From an uncultured Rickettsiales bacterium (lineage in GTDB: Bacteria; Pseudomonadota; Alphaproteobacteria; Rickettsiales; UBA8987), in the NCBI GenBank assembly GCA_964445765.1, contig CAYULD010000003.1:147480-211479 (forward strand): a stretch of 64,000 bases of DNA, read 5' to 3'. A program made the position numbers and the translations under genes. The notes beneath the pieces are model-generated. The model ran no database searches, was not told the origin of the DNA, and saw only the letters and a program-made list of their open reading frames with translations. Every line of letters starts with the position of its first letter. The first letter of the stretch is position 1. Shown here in pieces: positions 26,306 through 35,913 of the stretch.

Positions 26306-26749
26306 ATGATTTCATTTTACCAATTAAGCTCAAGCCCAATAGAGCAAGCATTGCCGGTGCTTTTAGAAAAAGTAATTAGCACAGGAAATAGAGCCGTTTT
26401 GCGTTGCAAAGATAAAAATTTGCTAAACGAAATTGATAATGCATTATGGGCGGTTGGTGGCACTAGGTTTCTTCCACACGGCACAGAAAATGAAGATTTT
26501 AAGGAAGCCCAACCTATATATTTAACCTCTGCAAATGATAACCCAAATGGTGCAAAATTTTTGGTTAATATTGGTGTTTTAGATGATGATTATTTCAAAA
26601 ATTTTGAAAGAACATTATTAATTTTTAGCCAAGCAGATAGCAAAGAAACTGAAAATGCTAGAAAATTATGGAAATCATTAAAATCAAATGAAAATCTAAG
26701 CCTTAAATTTTATAAGCAAAATGAAAAAGGTGGCTGGGAAGAGGGTTAG
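26306..26749 (+). CDS. holC: DNA polymerase III subunit chi
   Basis: 147 aa, FYQL...LLEKV...RAVL...LW...FLPHG pattern of alphaproteobacterial HolC. Confidence 0.75.
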   Translation: MISFYQLSSSPIEQALPVLLEKVISTGNRAVLRCKDKNLLNEIDNALWAVGGTRFLPHGTENEDFKEAQPIYLTSANDNPNGAKFLVNIGVLDDDYFKNFERTLLIFSQADSKETENARKLWKSLKSNENLSLKFYKQNEKGGWEEG

Positions 26750-26842
26750 GTTGGTTGATGGTTAATGGTTTATGGTTGTTATAATGCAAATTATTCTAGA
26801 AAGAAAATTCGGGGTATGGCAGCTTATCACTTGCACTCAGAA
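26744..26842. repeat. Degenerate family A-like repeat
   Basis: ggttaggttggttgatggttaatggtttatgg...aaaattcggggtatg...tcacttgcac parallels ttaggggctaggttctaggtgctaggg...tcacttgcac of the other A copies. It overlaps the holC stop codon. Confidence 0.35.
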
Positions 26843-26845
26843 AAA

Positions 26846-27739
26846 CTAATCTCTAACTTCCTGAAGAACTTGGGAAAGGTAGCGGTGATAATCAGAAGAT
26901 GTGCTGTAAGTTTTAATTAATTCTTCAAATTGGTTTGCAGAAATAAAATTTTTTCTAAAGGCAATTTCTTCTAAACAAGCGATTTTTACACCTTGCCTTT
27001 TTTCAATGGTTTGAATAAAATTCGCAGAATCTAAAAGCGAATCTGGCGTGCCAGCATCAAGCCAAGCAAAGCCTTTTCCAACTTTGATAACATTTAATAA
27101 ACCTTTTTCCATATAGGCCCTGTTGACATCAGTAATTTCTAGCTCCCCCCTTGCAGATGGCTTAAGATTTTTTGCAATATTTATAACTTCATTATCATAA
27201 AAATATAAGCCAGTTACTGCCCAATTTGACTTCGGTTGCTTCGGCTTTTCCTCTATTGAAATTGCCTTATTATTTTTATCAAGCTCAACAACACCATATC
27301 TTTGCGGATCGCTAACTCTATATGCCATCACAGACGCACCTTTTTTAAGGCTAAGAGCGTTTTGAAAATCTTCACTGATTTCATTTCCTAAAATTTCAGA
27401 GCCGTAAAAAATATTATCACCAAGTATTAAACAAGAAGAATCATCTTTAATAAAATCTTCTGCGATAATGAATGCTTGTGCAATTCCCTCTGGTTTTTCT
27501 TGAATTTTATATGAAAAATTAACACCATATTGGCTGCCATCACCTAAAAAATTTGCGATGATTGGAATATCCCTTGGTGTGCTAATAATTAAAATATCTT
27601 TCAACCCAAAATTCATTAATATTGCAAGCGGATAATGTATCATCGGCTTATCATAAACCGGCAGAATTTGCTTGCTGATTGCGTTTGTCATAGGTTGTAA
27701 GCGAGTTCCACTACCACCTGCTAAAATTATTCCTTTCAT
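26846..27739 (-). CDS. rmlA: Glucose-1-phosphate thymidylyltransferase
   Basis: MKGIILAGGSGTRLQPMT...SKQILPVYDKPMIHYPL signature. Confidence 0.95.
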   Translation of the reverse strand: MKGIILAGGSGTRLQPMTNAISKQILPVYDKPMIHYPLAILMNFGLKDILIISTPRDIPIIANFLGDGSQYGVNFSYKIQEKPEGIAQAFIIAEDFIKDDSSCLILGDNIFYGSEILGNEISEDFQNALSLKKGASVMAYRVSDPQRYGVVELDKNNKAISIEEKPKQPKSNWAVTGLYFYDNEVINIAKNLKPSARGELEITDVNRAYMEKGLLNVIKVGKGFAWLDAGTPDSLLDSANFIQTIEKRQGVKIACLEEIAFRKNFISANQFEELIKTYSTSSDYHRYLSQVLQEVRD

Positions 27740-27750
27740 AATTTTATATT

Positions 27751-28590
27751 TTATATTCCTCTTGGATTTTTATTTTTATCAAATGCACCTTGCCCTAAAA
27801 TAAAGCTGATTGCACCGCATAAGCGAGCTTTATATTTTATCTTCTTCAATTTATTAAATGATAGAATATAAAGCAAATATTTTAATGAGTAACTAAAAAT
27901 TATTGAGAAAGCCCGCTTAAAAAACTCACATTTTGAATAATGTTTTTTGTAAAAATATAATTTTGACCAAGCCGAATGCCAATATTTTAGATATTCAATT
28001 TTTGGATTAGGCGTTGATGATTTGCCAACTAAATGTTTTAATAAAATATTTTTACAAATTAATAAATCAAGCCCAGCATTTTCAATGCGTTTGCATAAAT
28101 CAGTTTCTTCATAATATAGAAAAATATTTTCATCAAAAAAACCAATTTTTCTGAGGTTTTCCATCTTAAAAAGCATTGTTGCGCCAACCACCCAATTAGT
28201 TTTCTCCGCGGTAAGATTTTGAGATGTAATAAATTCCCTCTCATCAGTTGCAGGGGCAATCACACCAAGATTTTTATAATTTTTTGCAAGCTCTAGAAGT
28301 TTGAGAATAGAGGTTTCATCAGAGATTATATCTGGGTTTAACAAAAAAGCATAATCAGTTTTTACCTCATTAAGCCCAAGATTTGCCCCTTTGCCATAGC
28401 CGAGATTTTTTTCAGATTTAATGAGTTTAACCTCAGGGAAATTAGATTTTATAAAATCCGCCGTTTCATCTTTGCTTGCGTTATCAACAATAATAATTTC
28501 AAATTTATTATAAATATTGTTTAGGAATTGCGAAATTATATCCTTGCTGTTATAGGTTACTGAAATAATTGTTAATTCTGTATTTTTCAT
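27751..28590 (-). CDS. Family 2 glycosyltransferase (rhamnosyltransferase-like)
   Basis: LTIISVTYNS...IIIVDNASKDET...GYGKGAN motifs. Start taken at MKNTELT (28590). Confidence 0.8.
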   Translation of the reverse strand: MKNTELTIISVTYNSKDIISQFLNNIYNKFEIIIVDNASKDETADFIKSNFPEVKLIKSEKNLGYGKGANLGLNEVKTDYAFLLNPDIISDETSILKLLELAKNYKNLGVIAPATDEREFITSQNLTAEKTNWVVGATMLFKMENLRKIGFFDENIFLYYEETDLCKRIENAGLDLLICKNILLKHLVGKSSTPNPKIEYLKYWHSAWSKLYFYKKHYSKCEFFKRAFSIIFSYSLKYLLYILSFNKLKKIKYKARLCGAISFILGQGAFDKNKNPRGI

Positions 28591-29560
28591 GGAATATAAA
28601 AAATTTATAACCCGTAACATAGCAATTCAAAATAAATCCGCAAATTATAATCGTTTATGCGTTTTTTCTCATTTTGATAAAGATAATAAAATTGATGCTT
28701 ATGTTATAAATTATCTTGAAACACTAAAAAAAGCTGATTGTGATATAGTTTTTGTAAGTAATTGCCAAAATATTGATGATTCTGAAATAGCAAAAATTGA
28801 AAATATTTCCCATAGAATTATTCTCAGAAAAAATGAAGGCTATGATTTCGCCTGCTATTTAACTGGCTTTTATGAAGAGATTGAAAAAGAAAAATACAAG
28901 CAAATAATTTTTGCTAATGATAGTGTTTATGGCCCTTTTTATGACATTCAAAAGGTTTTTGATGAAATGAATGCTAAAAATTTTGATTTGTGGGGTATAA
29001 CAGATAATGTTGCTTCTGTTTATCATATACAATCATATTTTTTGAGCTTTTCAAACAAGATGCTAAAATTTTTAGATAATCATTTTAGAAATTTTAAGTT
29101 TGAAAATAACAAAGAAAATATTGTTGCAAATAATGAAGTTAGCCTTTCAAGAAAGGCTTTAGGGGAGGGCTTTAAGATTGGAGCATTGTGTCATCACCAA
29201 GATGTAATTTCTTTTGAATCTAAAAATTTTGATGAAAAATTTATTGCAAAAATAAAACAAAATATCTCTGAAAATTTATTTTATAAAACTGGGCTAAAAA
29301 AACTTTTCTCTAAAAAATATAATCGTGAAATAAATTTTAGAAAATTTTTTGATGTAAGTCTCGTTCCGCATTTATCAAGTTGGTATAGTTTAATTCAGTA
29401 TTTTGAAGCACCTTTCATTAAGGTTTCACTTCTGAAAGACCCTCGCTTAGTGCATTATCATAGTTTTTTATATCGTGATGTTATTAAAAATAAATATCCA
29501 AATTTTAATTTAGAACTTATAGAAAATCACCTTATAAGAATTAGAAAATTAGAGTTATAA
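28589..29560 (+). CDS. Rhamnan synthesis protein F (RgpF)-like polysaccharide biosynthesis protein
   Basis: FSHFDKDNKIDAYVINYLETLKKADCDIVFVSN... and NDSVYGPF resemble the RgpF family. It lies in the rml cluster. Confidence 0.65.
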   Translation: MEYKKFITRNIAIQNKSANYNRLCVFSHFDKDNKIDAYVINYLETLKKADCDIVFVSNCQNIDDSEIAKIENISHRIILRKNEGYDFACYLTGFYEEIEKEKYKQIIFANDSVYGPFYDIQKVFDEMNAKNFDLWGITDNVASVYHIQSYFLSFSNKMLKFLDNHFRNFKFENNKENIVANNEVSLSRKALGEGFKIGALCHHQDVISFESKNFDEKFIAKIKQNISENLFYKTGLKKLFSKKYNREINFRKFFDVSLVPHLSSWYSLIQYFEAPFIKVSLLKDPRLVHYHSFLYRDVIKNKYPNFNLELIENHLIRIRKLEL

Positions 29561-29563
29561 AAT

Positions 29564-30559
29564 ATGAAAACAATATTAGTAACAGGTGGTTTGGGCTTTA
29601 TAGGTAGCAACTTTGTTATTCAAGAAATCAATGCAGGTAACAGAATAATTAATCTTGATAAAGTTACTTATGCCGCAAATTTTGAGAATGTAAAAGAAGT
29701 TGATTCCAATAAAAATTACCATTTTATTAAGGGTGATATTTGTGATGCTAATCTTGTAAAAAAAATTTTTGACGAAAATAAAATTGATTGGGTAGCACAT
29801 TTTGCCGCAGAATCTCATGTTGATAACTCAATTTCAAAACCATCAGAATTTATAGAAACTAATATAATCGGAACATATAATTTGTTACAAAACGCATTGC
29901 AATATTACAGAAATACAAAAGATGAAGCATTTAGATTTCTTCACATTTCAACTGATGAAGTTTTTGGAAGTTTAGAAGAAAATTCTGATAAATTTAATGA
30001 AGATACAAAATATGATCCATCTTCGCCATATTCAGCTTCTAAGGCTTCCTCTGACCATTTAGTAAAAGCGTGGCATCGCACATATGGTTTGCCAATTCTT
30101 ATGACAAATTGCTCTAATAATTATGGCCCTCGCCAACATAAAGAAAAATTGATTCCAAAAACAATTTTTTGTTGTTTAGAAGAAAAGCCAATTCCAATTT
30201 ATGGAAATGGCAAAAATATTCGTGATTGGATATTTGTTGAAGATCACTGCAAAGGCATTAAACTTACGCTTGAAAAGGGCAGGGTTGGGGAATCTTATTT
30301 GTTTGGTGGTAATTGTGAAAAAAATAATTTAGAAGTTGTGAATATTATTTGCGAAGAAATGGATAAAAGAAAACCTCGCAAAAATGGGGCTTCTTATAAA
30401 AATTTAATCAGTTTTGTTAATGATAGGCTTGGCCACGATTTTAGATATGCAATAAATGGCAGAAAGGCTGAAAAAGAGTTTGGATATAACCCCAAGCCAG
30501 ATTTTTCTTTATATATTAATAAAACTATTGATTATTATATTAGCTATTTGAAATCTTAA
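29564..30559 (+). CDS. rmlB: dTDP-glucose 4,6-dehydratase
   Basis: TGGLGFIGSNF Rossmann motif, STDEV, YSASKASSD (YxxxK). Confidence 0.95.
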   Translation: MKTILVTGGLGFIGSNFVIQEINAGNRIINLDKVTYAANFENVKEVDSNKNYHFIKGDICDANLVKKIFDENKIDWVAHFAAESHVDNSISKPSEFIETNIIGTYNLLQNALQYYRNTKDEAFRFLHISTDEVFGSLEENSDKFNEDTKYDPSSPYSASKASSDHLVKAWHRTYGLPILMTNCSNNYGPRQHKEKLIPKTIFCCLEEKPIPIYGNGKNIRDWIFVEDHCKGIKLTLEKGRVGESYLFGGNCEKNNLEVVNIICEEMDKRKPRKNGASYKNLISFVNDRLGHDFRYAINGRKAEKEFGYNPKPDFSLYINKTIDYYISYLKS

Positions 30560-30562
30560 TTT

Positions 30563-31105
30563 ATGCAAATTACTAACCTAGAAATTGAAGGCTTAAAATT
30601 AATAAAGCTCAATATTTATAATGATAATAGAGGCTTTTTTAATGAAAGATATGTTGAAAGCAAATTTCACGAAATTGGTATAAAAAATAAATTTATTCAA
30701 GATAACCATTCTTTTTCTTATCAAGGCGTTATAAGGGGTTTGCATTTTCAATCTAACCCAAATCAAACTAAATTAGTTAGCTGTATTCGTGGAAAAATTC
30801 TTGATGTTGCCGTTGATATTAGAAAGAATTCTAAAACTTATGGCAAATATTATTCAATAGAATTATCTGCTGAAAATGGCTTGATGCTGTATATTCCAGC
30901 GGGTTTTGCCCACGGTTTTTCTGCACTTACAGATTGCGATGTGCTTTATAAAGTTGATGGCACTTATAATCCAAAAGGTGAGGGCGGAATAATTTATAAC
31001 GATAAAACTCTTAATATTGATTGGAAAGTTAAAAACGAAATTGTTTCCGATAAAGATAAAAACTTACCGAGCTTTGCTGAATATAATAATTCCGCTATAT
31101 TTTAA
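30563..31105 (+). CDS. rmlC: dTDP-4-dehydrorhamnose 3,5-epimerase
   Basis: DNRGFF...RGLHFQ...KLV...GFAHGF cupin signature. Confidence 0.95.
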   Translation: MQITNLEIEGLKLIKLNIYNDNRGFFNERYVESKFHEIGIKNKFIQDNHSFSYQGVIRGLHFQSNPNQTKLVSCIRGKILDVAVDIRKNSKTYGKYYSIELSAENGLMLYIPAGFAHGFSALTDCDVLYKVDGTYNPKGEGGIIYNDKTLNIDWKVKNEIVSDKDKNLPSFAEYNNSAIF

Positions 31106-31113
31106 TTTTTTCT

Positions 31114-32016
31114 ATGAATATTTTGGTTTTTGGAAAAACAGGGCAAATTGCCTCAAATTTTTTTGAGATACATAAAAACTATAACAAATTTAATTTTTAT
31201 TTTGCCACTCGTGATGAAGCAGATTTTAGCAAGCCTTCTGCTATATTTGAGTATCTTAATAATCTCAAATTTAAGCCAGATTATATTATTAATGCGGTTG
31301 CTTATACGGCAGTTGATAAGGCAGAAGATGAAAAAGATTTATGTGATAATATCAATGTAAAATCAGTAAAAATTATAGCAGAATTTTCTAAGAAAAATAA
31401 TGTTATTTTAATTCACTATTCAACAGATTATGTTTTTGATGGTGCTGGGCAAGAGCCATTTTTAGAGAGTAATTTTGAAAATCTAAAGCCGTTAAATTAT
31501 TATGGTTTGAGCAAATTGAAATCAGAGCAAGAAATAATAAATTCGCGTTGTAAGTATTTTATATTTAGAATTAGTTGGGTTTATAATCATAGTGGTAAAA
31601 ATTTTCCTTTAACTATTTTGCGTTTAGCAATTGAAAGGGAAGAGTTGAAAATTGTTTCTGATCAATTTGGAAGCCCTTGCTATGCTAAAGATATTGCGGT
31701 TGCAGGGTTAAAATTAATTGATGATTTATCTAAACAAAATGATGATTCTGAGAATATTTTTGGGGTTTATCACTTAACACCTCAAGAATATATTTCTTGG
31801 TATGATTTTACGAATTTGATTATTGAGCAGGCTAAAATAAATAAATTATCGCTTAAGGTAAAAAATATTTTGCCAATAAAATCTGAGGAGTTTTTGTTGC
31901 CAGCTAAAAGACCAAAAAATTCTCGGCTAAATTCAGATAAAGCAAAAAATAAATTAGGTTTGGAACTTCCTAAAATAAAAACATCTCTAGAGGAATTTTT
32001 TTCTAAAGTATTTTAA
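31114..32016 (+). CDS. rmlD: dTDP-4-dehydrorhamnose reductase
   Basis: 300 aa SDR-like protein, STDYVFDG and YGLSK motifs, last gene of rmlBCD. Confidence 0.9.
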   Translation: MNILVFGKTGQIASNFFEIHKNYNKFNFYFATRDEADFSKPSAIFEYLNNLKFKPDYIINAVAYTAVDKAEDEKDLCDNINVKSVKIIAEFSKKNNVILIHYSTDYVFDGAGQEPFLESNFENLKPLNYYGLSKLKSEQEIINSRCKYFIFRISWVYNHSGKNFPLTILRLAIEREELKIVSDQFGSPCYAKDIAVAGLKLIDDLSKQNDDSENIFGVYHLTPQEYISWYDFTNLIIEQAKINKLSLKVKNILPIKSEEFLLPAKRPKNSRLNSDKAKNKLGLELPKIKTSLEEFFSKVF

Positions 32017-32043
32017 GTGGATAGACCTATATTTTTATTACTA

Positions 32044-32182
32044 AAAAAATTCGGGCTATGACAATTAAGCCCTAAGCCCCAAGCCCCACAACCCCTATAA
32101 GCCCTTTGTTAATGCCCCCCTCTTAATCTCCCCCCGCAAGCAGGGGGAGAAATTATAGAGAGTATAACTAATCACTTGCACT
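32044..32182. repeat. Family A palindromic repeat element (reverse orientation)
   Basis: The reverse complement reads tctccccctgcttgcggggggagattaagaggggggcat...ggggcttggggcttagggct. It fills the gap between the convergent rmlD and carA. Confidence 0.8.
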
Positions 32183-32184
32183 AA

Positions 32185-33351
32185 CTAGGCGGCTTTAACT
32201 TTTCTTCGCTCTAAAATTTCTGTGAATTTAGAAAATAGATATTCTGCATCTTTTGGCCCGGGGGCGGCTTCTGGGTGATGTTGAACTGAGAAAACATCTT
32301 TGCCTATAAGCTCAATTCCTTCATTAGTATTATCAAAGAGTGAAATGTGAGTTTCTTTAACATTTTTAGGAAGTGATTCTCTAGTTACTGCAAAGCCGTG
32401 ATTTTGGCTGGTGATTTCTACCTTTCCAGTATTAAGATTTTTTACAGGGTGATTCGCCCCCCTATGCCCTTGATGCATCTTGATAGTTTTACAACCAAGT
32501 GCGGTTGCAAGTAGTTGATGGCCTAAGCAAATACCAAAAACAGGAATATCAGATTCAACTATTTCTTTAATCACTGAGCCTGCATATTTAGCAGTTTGTG
32601 AAGGGTCTCCGGGGCCGTTTGAAAGAAATACACCATCAGGGTTATGAGATAAAATTTCTTTTGCAGAAGATTTTGCCGGCAGAACTACAACCTCACAATT
32701 TTGTGCAACTAAATTTCTCAAAATATTTCTTTTAATGCCAAAATCTAAGGCAACAATTTTATACTTAAAATTATTACATTTTGGGAAAATATCTTCATCA
32801 GCATTCCAAATGCCTTCTTGCCAATTGTATGATTTATCAGTTGAAACCTCTGCGGCAAGCTCAAGCCCTTCCATTTTTGGCGTTTGTTTTAGTTTTTCAG
32901 TTAGCTCAGAAATATTGATTTGCGATAAATTTTCTTTATATGAGATTATACAATTTTGTGCACCCTTTAACCTTATATGCCTTGTGATAGCCCTTGTATC
33001 AACGCCACTTATGCCTGTTATACCCTCACTTGTAAGCCAATTTACAAAATGATTTTCAGAGCGATAATTAGATGGGTTAGTAACTTCCGCAGAGGTTATA
33101 AGGCCTTTAGCAAAAACTTTTTTGCTTTCATAATCATTTTTATTTGCACCAACATTGCCAATATGTGGAAAAGTAAAATTTATAATTTGTTTGTGGAAAG
33201 ATGGATCAGTAAGTGATTCTTGATAACCAGTTATTGAAGTATTAAAGCATATTTCACCAGTTGTTTCACCTTTTTTGCCAATGCCATAACCATAAAAAAT
33301 ACTTCCATCTTCAAGTAATAAAACTGCATTTTTTTTAGGAATTAAAGACAT
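32185..33351 (-). CDS. carA: Carbamoyl-phosphate synthase small (glutaminase) subunit
   Basis: GICLGHQLL catalytic Cys motif and HH-PE at the C-terminus. Confidence 0.95.
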   Translation of the reverse strand: MSLIPKKNAVLLLEDGSIFYGYGIGKKGETTGEICFNTSITGYQESLTDPSFHKQIINFTFPHIGNVGANKNDYESKKVFAKGLITSAEVTNPSNYRSENHFVNWLTSEGITGISGVDTRAITRHIRLKGAQNCIISYKENLSQINISELTEKLKQTPKMEGLELAAEVSTDKSYNWQEGIWNADEDIFPKCNNFKYKIVALDFGIKRNILRNLVAQNCEVVVLPAKSSAKEILSHNPDGVFLSNGPGDPSQTAKYAGSVIKEIVESDIPVFGICLGHQLLATALGCKTIKMHQGHRGANHPVKNLNTGKVEITSQNHGFAVTRESLPKNVKETHISLFDNTNEGIELIGKDVFSVQHHPEAAPGPKDAEYLFSKFTEILERRKVKAA

Positions 33352-33427
33352 AAACAATTTTTTATTTTGGGCAAAATTTCTAGATTTAATAATTATTTTA
33401 TATATAAAATCTAGTAAAAAATTTCTA

Positions 33428-35773
33428 ATGCACCAATTTAATCAAATTTTATCTTCGCTAAACCCTGAACAATTAGATGCTGTAAGCCATACAGAAGGTG
33501 CATTGTTAGTTTTAGCGGGTGCTGGCACTGGAAAAACAAAAGTTTTAACTACAAGAATTGCCTATATTTTACAAAATCGTTTGGCTTGGCCAAGCCAGAT
33601 TTTAGCCGTTACTTTTACCAATAAAGCCGCGAAAGAGATGGAGCATAGAATCCACCAAATGGTTGGGGATATTTCTGCGGGGCTTTGGCTTGGAACATTT
33701 CATTCTATAAGCCTTAAAATTCTTAGGAAATATCCGCTATTAGTAGGCTTAAAAGAAAATTTTAGCGTTATAAACTCTGAAGATCAACTTCGCTTGATTA
33801 AAGAAATTATGCTAGAAAAACAAATTGATGTTAAAAAATTTAATCCTAAGGCAATTTCAGCACAAATTAATCGCTGGAAAGATAGGGCGGTAAACCATGA
33901 AAGCCTAACCGATGATAGTGATTTAGCCGCAGAAATATATCAAGATTATCAAAGAAGATGTGAACTTCTAAATATCATAGATTTTGGTGATATTATTCTT
34001 AAATGCATAAATTTATTTAGAAATAATGAAGATATTTTAAGCGAGTTTCATAATAAATTTAAGTATATTTTGGTTGATGAATATCAAGATACCAACACCG
34101 CACAATATTTGTGGTTGCGGTTGCTTGCACAGGCGAAACAAAATATATGCTGTGTGGGTGATGATGACCAATCAATCTATGGTTGGCGAGGCGCAGAAGT
34201 TGGAAATATTCTTCGCTTTGAAAAAGATTTTGCCAATCCAAAAATTATAAGGCTTGAAACGAATTATCGTTCTACCACTCAAATATTAGCAGGGGCAGAT
34301 GCGGTGATTGCAAATAACCAAAATCGCTTAGGCAAAATCTTAAAAGCTAATAATGGCAGTGGTGATGCCATAAAATTAGTTTCACTTTGGGATGATAGAA
34401 GTGAGGCAAATTATATCGCAGATGAAATAGAAGCCCAGCAACAAATTTACAAAAAACGCCTTGATAATATGGCGATTTTAGTTAGGGCGGGCTATCAAAC
34501 TAGGGCTTTTGAAGAATGTTTTATACGCAGGGCAATTCCTTATAGAATTCTTGGTGGTTTAAGATTCTATGAAAGAATGGAAATTAGAGATGTAGTTGCT
34601 TATGTTAGAGCTTGCATTACACCAGAAAATGATTTGGCGATTGATAGAATAATTAACCTGCCAAAGCGTGGGCTTGGTGAAAAAACTTTGAACGATCTTA
34701 AAAAATTCGCAAGCAATAATAATATCAGCCTTTTTGATGCGATATATAATAATATTTATTCAAATGAGATTGAAAAAGATTTTTCACTTTCTTTTGCGAG
34801 TAGCCCTCAGCCTAACTCTCTCCCAGAGGGGGTTGAGGATTTATTTAGCCTTGAAAAAAACCCCTCTCCCATTGGGAGAGGGGAAGGGGTGAGGGCTAAT
34901 ACAAAACCCACTCTAAACCTAAAGCCGAAAGTTAGGGAAACGCTTAAAAATTTTGTTGATGATTTAATTGCTTGGAAGAATGATTTTGTTGAACAACCCC
35001 ACGCAAAAGTTGTTGAAAAAATTGTTGAAGATTCTGGCTATAAATCAATGTGGGAATCTGAAAAAACCATTGAGGCAAAGGGAAGGCTTGAAAATATAAA
35101 AGAATTAATAAACGCCATATCACAATTTAGTGATATTTATGAATTTCTTGAACATATAAGCCTTGTTGCAGATGCAGATGATAGACCAGTTGAAGATATG
35201 ATTTCAATTATGACAATTCACGGTGCAAAAGGCTTAGAGTTTGATAATGTTTTCTTGCCCGGTTGGGAAGAAGGGTTATTTCCAAGCCAGCAATCACTTG
35301 ATGAATTGGGGCGCGAAGGGCTTGAGGAAGAACGCCGCCTTGCCTATGTTGCAATCACTAGAGCTAAGAAAAATCTCACGATAAGTTTTGCCTCTAGCAG
35401 AATGGTTTTTGGAAATATTGTAAATTCTGTTCCTTCAAGATTTGTTGATGAACTGCCAGAAGATGCGGTTGAAGTAATTAATAAAGCAGGGCTTGGTGCA
35501 AATTATAAGGGGAAAAGTTTCTCTGCAAAACAGGGTGAAAATAATCTCTCAGAAAAGCCAGCGAGATTTGAAATTCCCTCAATAAATAATGGTTTTAATT
35601 CTAAAAAAATTAATGATAATTTACAAAATAAATTTTCAGTTGGTGATAAAGTAAATCACCCAGTTTTTGGTTTTGGCAGAGTGCTAAATATCAACGGAAA
35701 ACATTTGCAAATTGTTTTTGAAAAAGCCGCAATAAAAACTCTGCTTGAAGATTTCATTGAAAAAGTTGCTTAG
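33428..35773 (+). CDS. uvrD: UvrD/PcrA/Rep-family ATP-dependent DNA helicase
   Basis: GAGTGKT Walker A, VDEYQDTN motif II, TIHGAKGLEF and VAITRAK motifs. It carries a 96 bp repeat-derived insertion (see 34802-34897). Confidence 0.9.
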   Translation: MHQFNQILSSLNPEQLDAVSHTEGALLVLAGAGTGKTKVLTTRIAYILQNRLAWPSQILAVTFTNKAAKEMEHRIHQMVGDISAGLWLGTFHSISLKILRKYPLLVGLKENFSVINSEDQLRLIKEIMLEKQIDVKKFNPKAISAQINRWKDRAVNHESLTDDSDLAAEIYQDYQRRCELLNIIDFGDIILKCINLFRNNEDILSEFHNKFKYILVDEYQDTNTAQYLWLRLLAQAKQNICCVGDDDQSIYGWRGAEVGNILRFEKDFANPKIIRLETNYRSTTQILAGADAVIANNQNRLGKILKANNGSGDAIKLVSLWDDRSEANYIADEIEAQQQIYKKRLDNMAILVRAGYQTRAFEECFIRRAIPYRILGGLRFYERMEIRDVVAYVRACITPENDLAIDRIINLPKRGLGEKTLNDLKKFASNNNISLFDAIYNNIYSNEIEKDFSLSFASSPQPNSLPEGVEDLFSLEKNPSPIGRGEGVRANTKPTLNLKPKVRETLKNFVDDLIAWKNDFVEQPHAKVVEKIVEDSGYKSMWESEKTIEAKGRLENIKELINAISQFSDIYEFLEHISLVADADDRPVEDMISIMTIHGAKGLEFDNVFLPGWEEGLFPSQQSLDELGREGLEEERRLAYVAITRAKKNLTISFASSRMVFGNIVNSVPSRFVDELPEDAVEVINKAGLGANYKGKSFSAKQGENNLSEKPARFEIPSINNGFNSKKINDNLQNKFSVGDKVNHPVFGFGRVLNINGKHLQIVFEKAAIKTLLEDFIEKVA
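34802..34897. repeat. 96 bp hairpin/MITE-like element inserted in-frame in uvrD
   Basis: Terminal inverted repeat agccctca/tgagggct and an internal perfect hairpin cccctctccc-att-gggagagggg. The length is 32 codons and translates to SPQPNSLPEGVEDLFSLEKNPSPIGRGEGVRA. Confidence 0.75.
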
Positions 35774-35814
35774 ATTTTTGAAATACTGCATAAAATTAGA
35801 TTGAGTTCTGAGAT

Positions 35815-35881
35815 GTCATCCTGACCCTAGAGCGAAGCGAAGGGGAAGGATCTTTAGATGTTTCGCTACGCTCAACATGAC
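35815..35881. repeat. Family B hairpin element
   Basis: gtcatcctgaccctagagcgaagcgaagg...tttcgctacgctcaacatgac, between the convergent uvrD and miaB. Confidence 0.8.
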
Positions 35882-35913
35882 AAACTTCAAAATAATTTAC
35901 TATACAACAAAAA

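Noticed and set aside
28591-28620. N-terminal extension of the GT2 gene (MLRVINFLYS)
   Set aside because: GT2 enzymes typically begin a few residues before the hhhhhP/T-x-YN strand. The extension would overlap the divergent RgpF-like gene by 32 nt.
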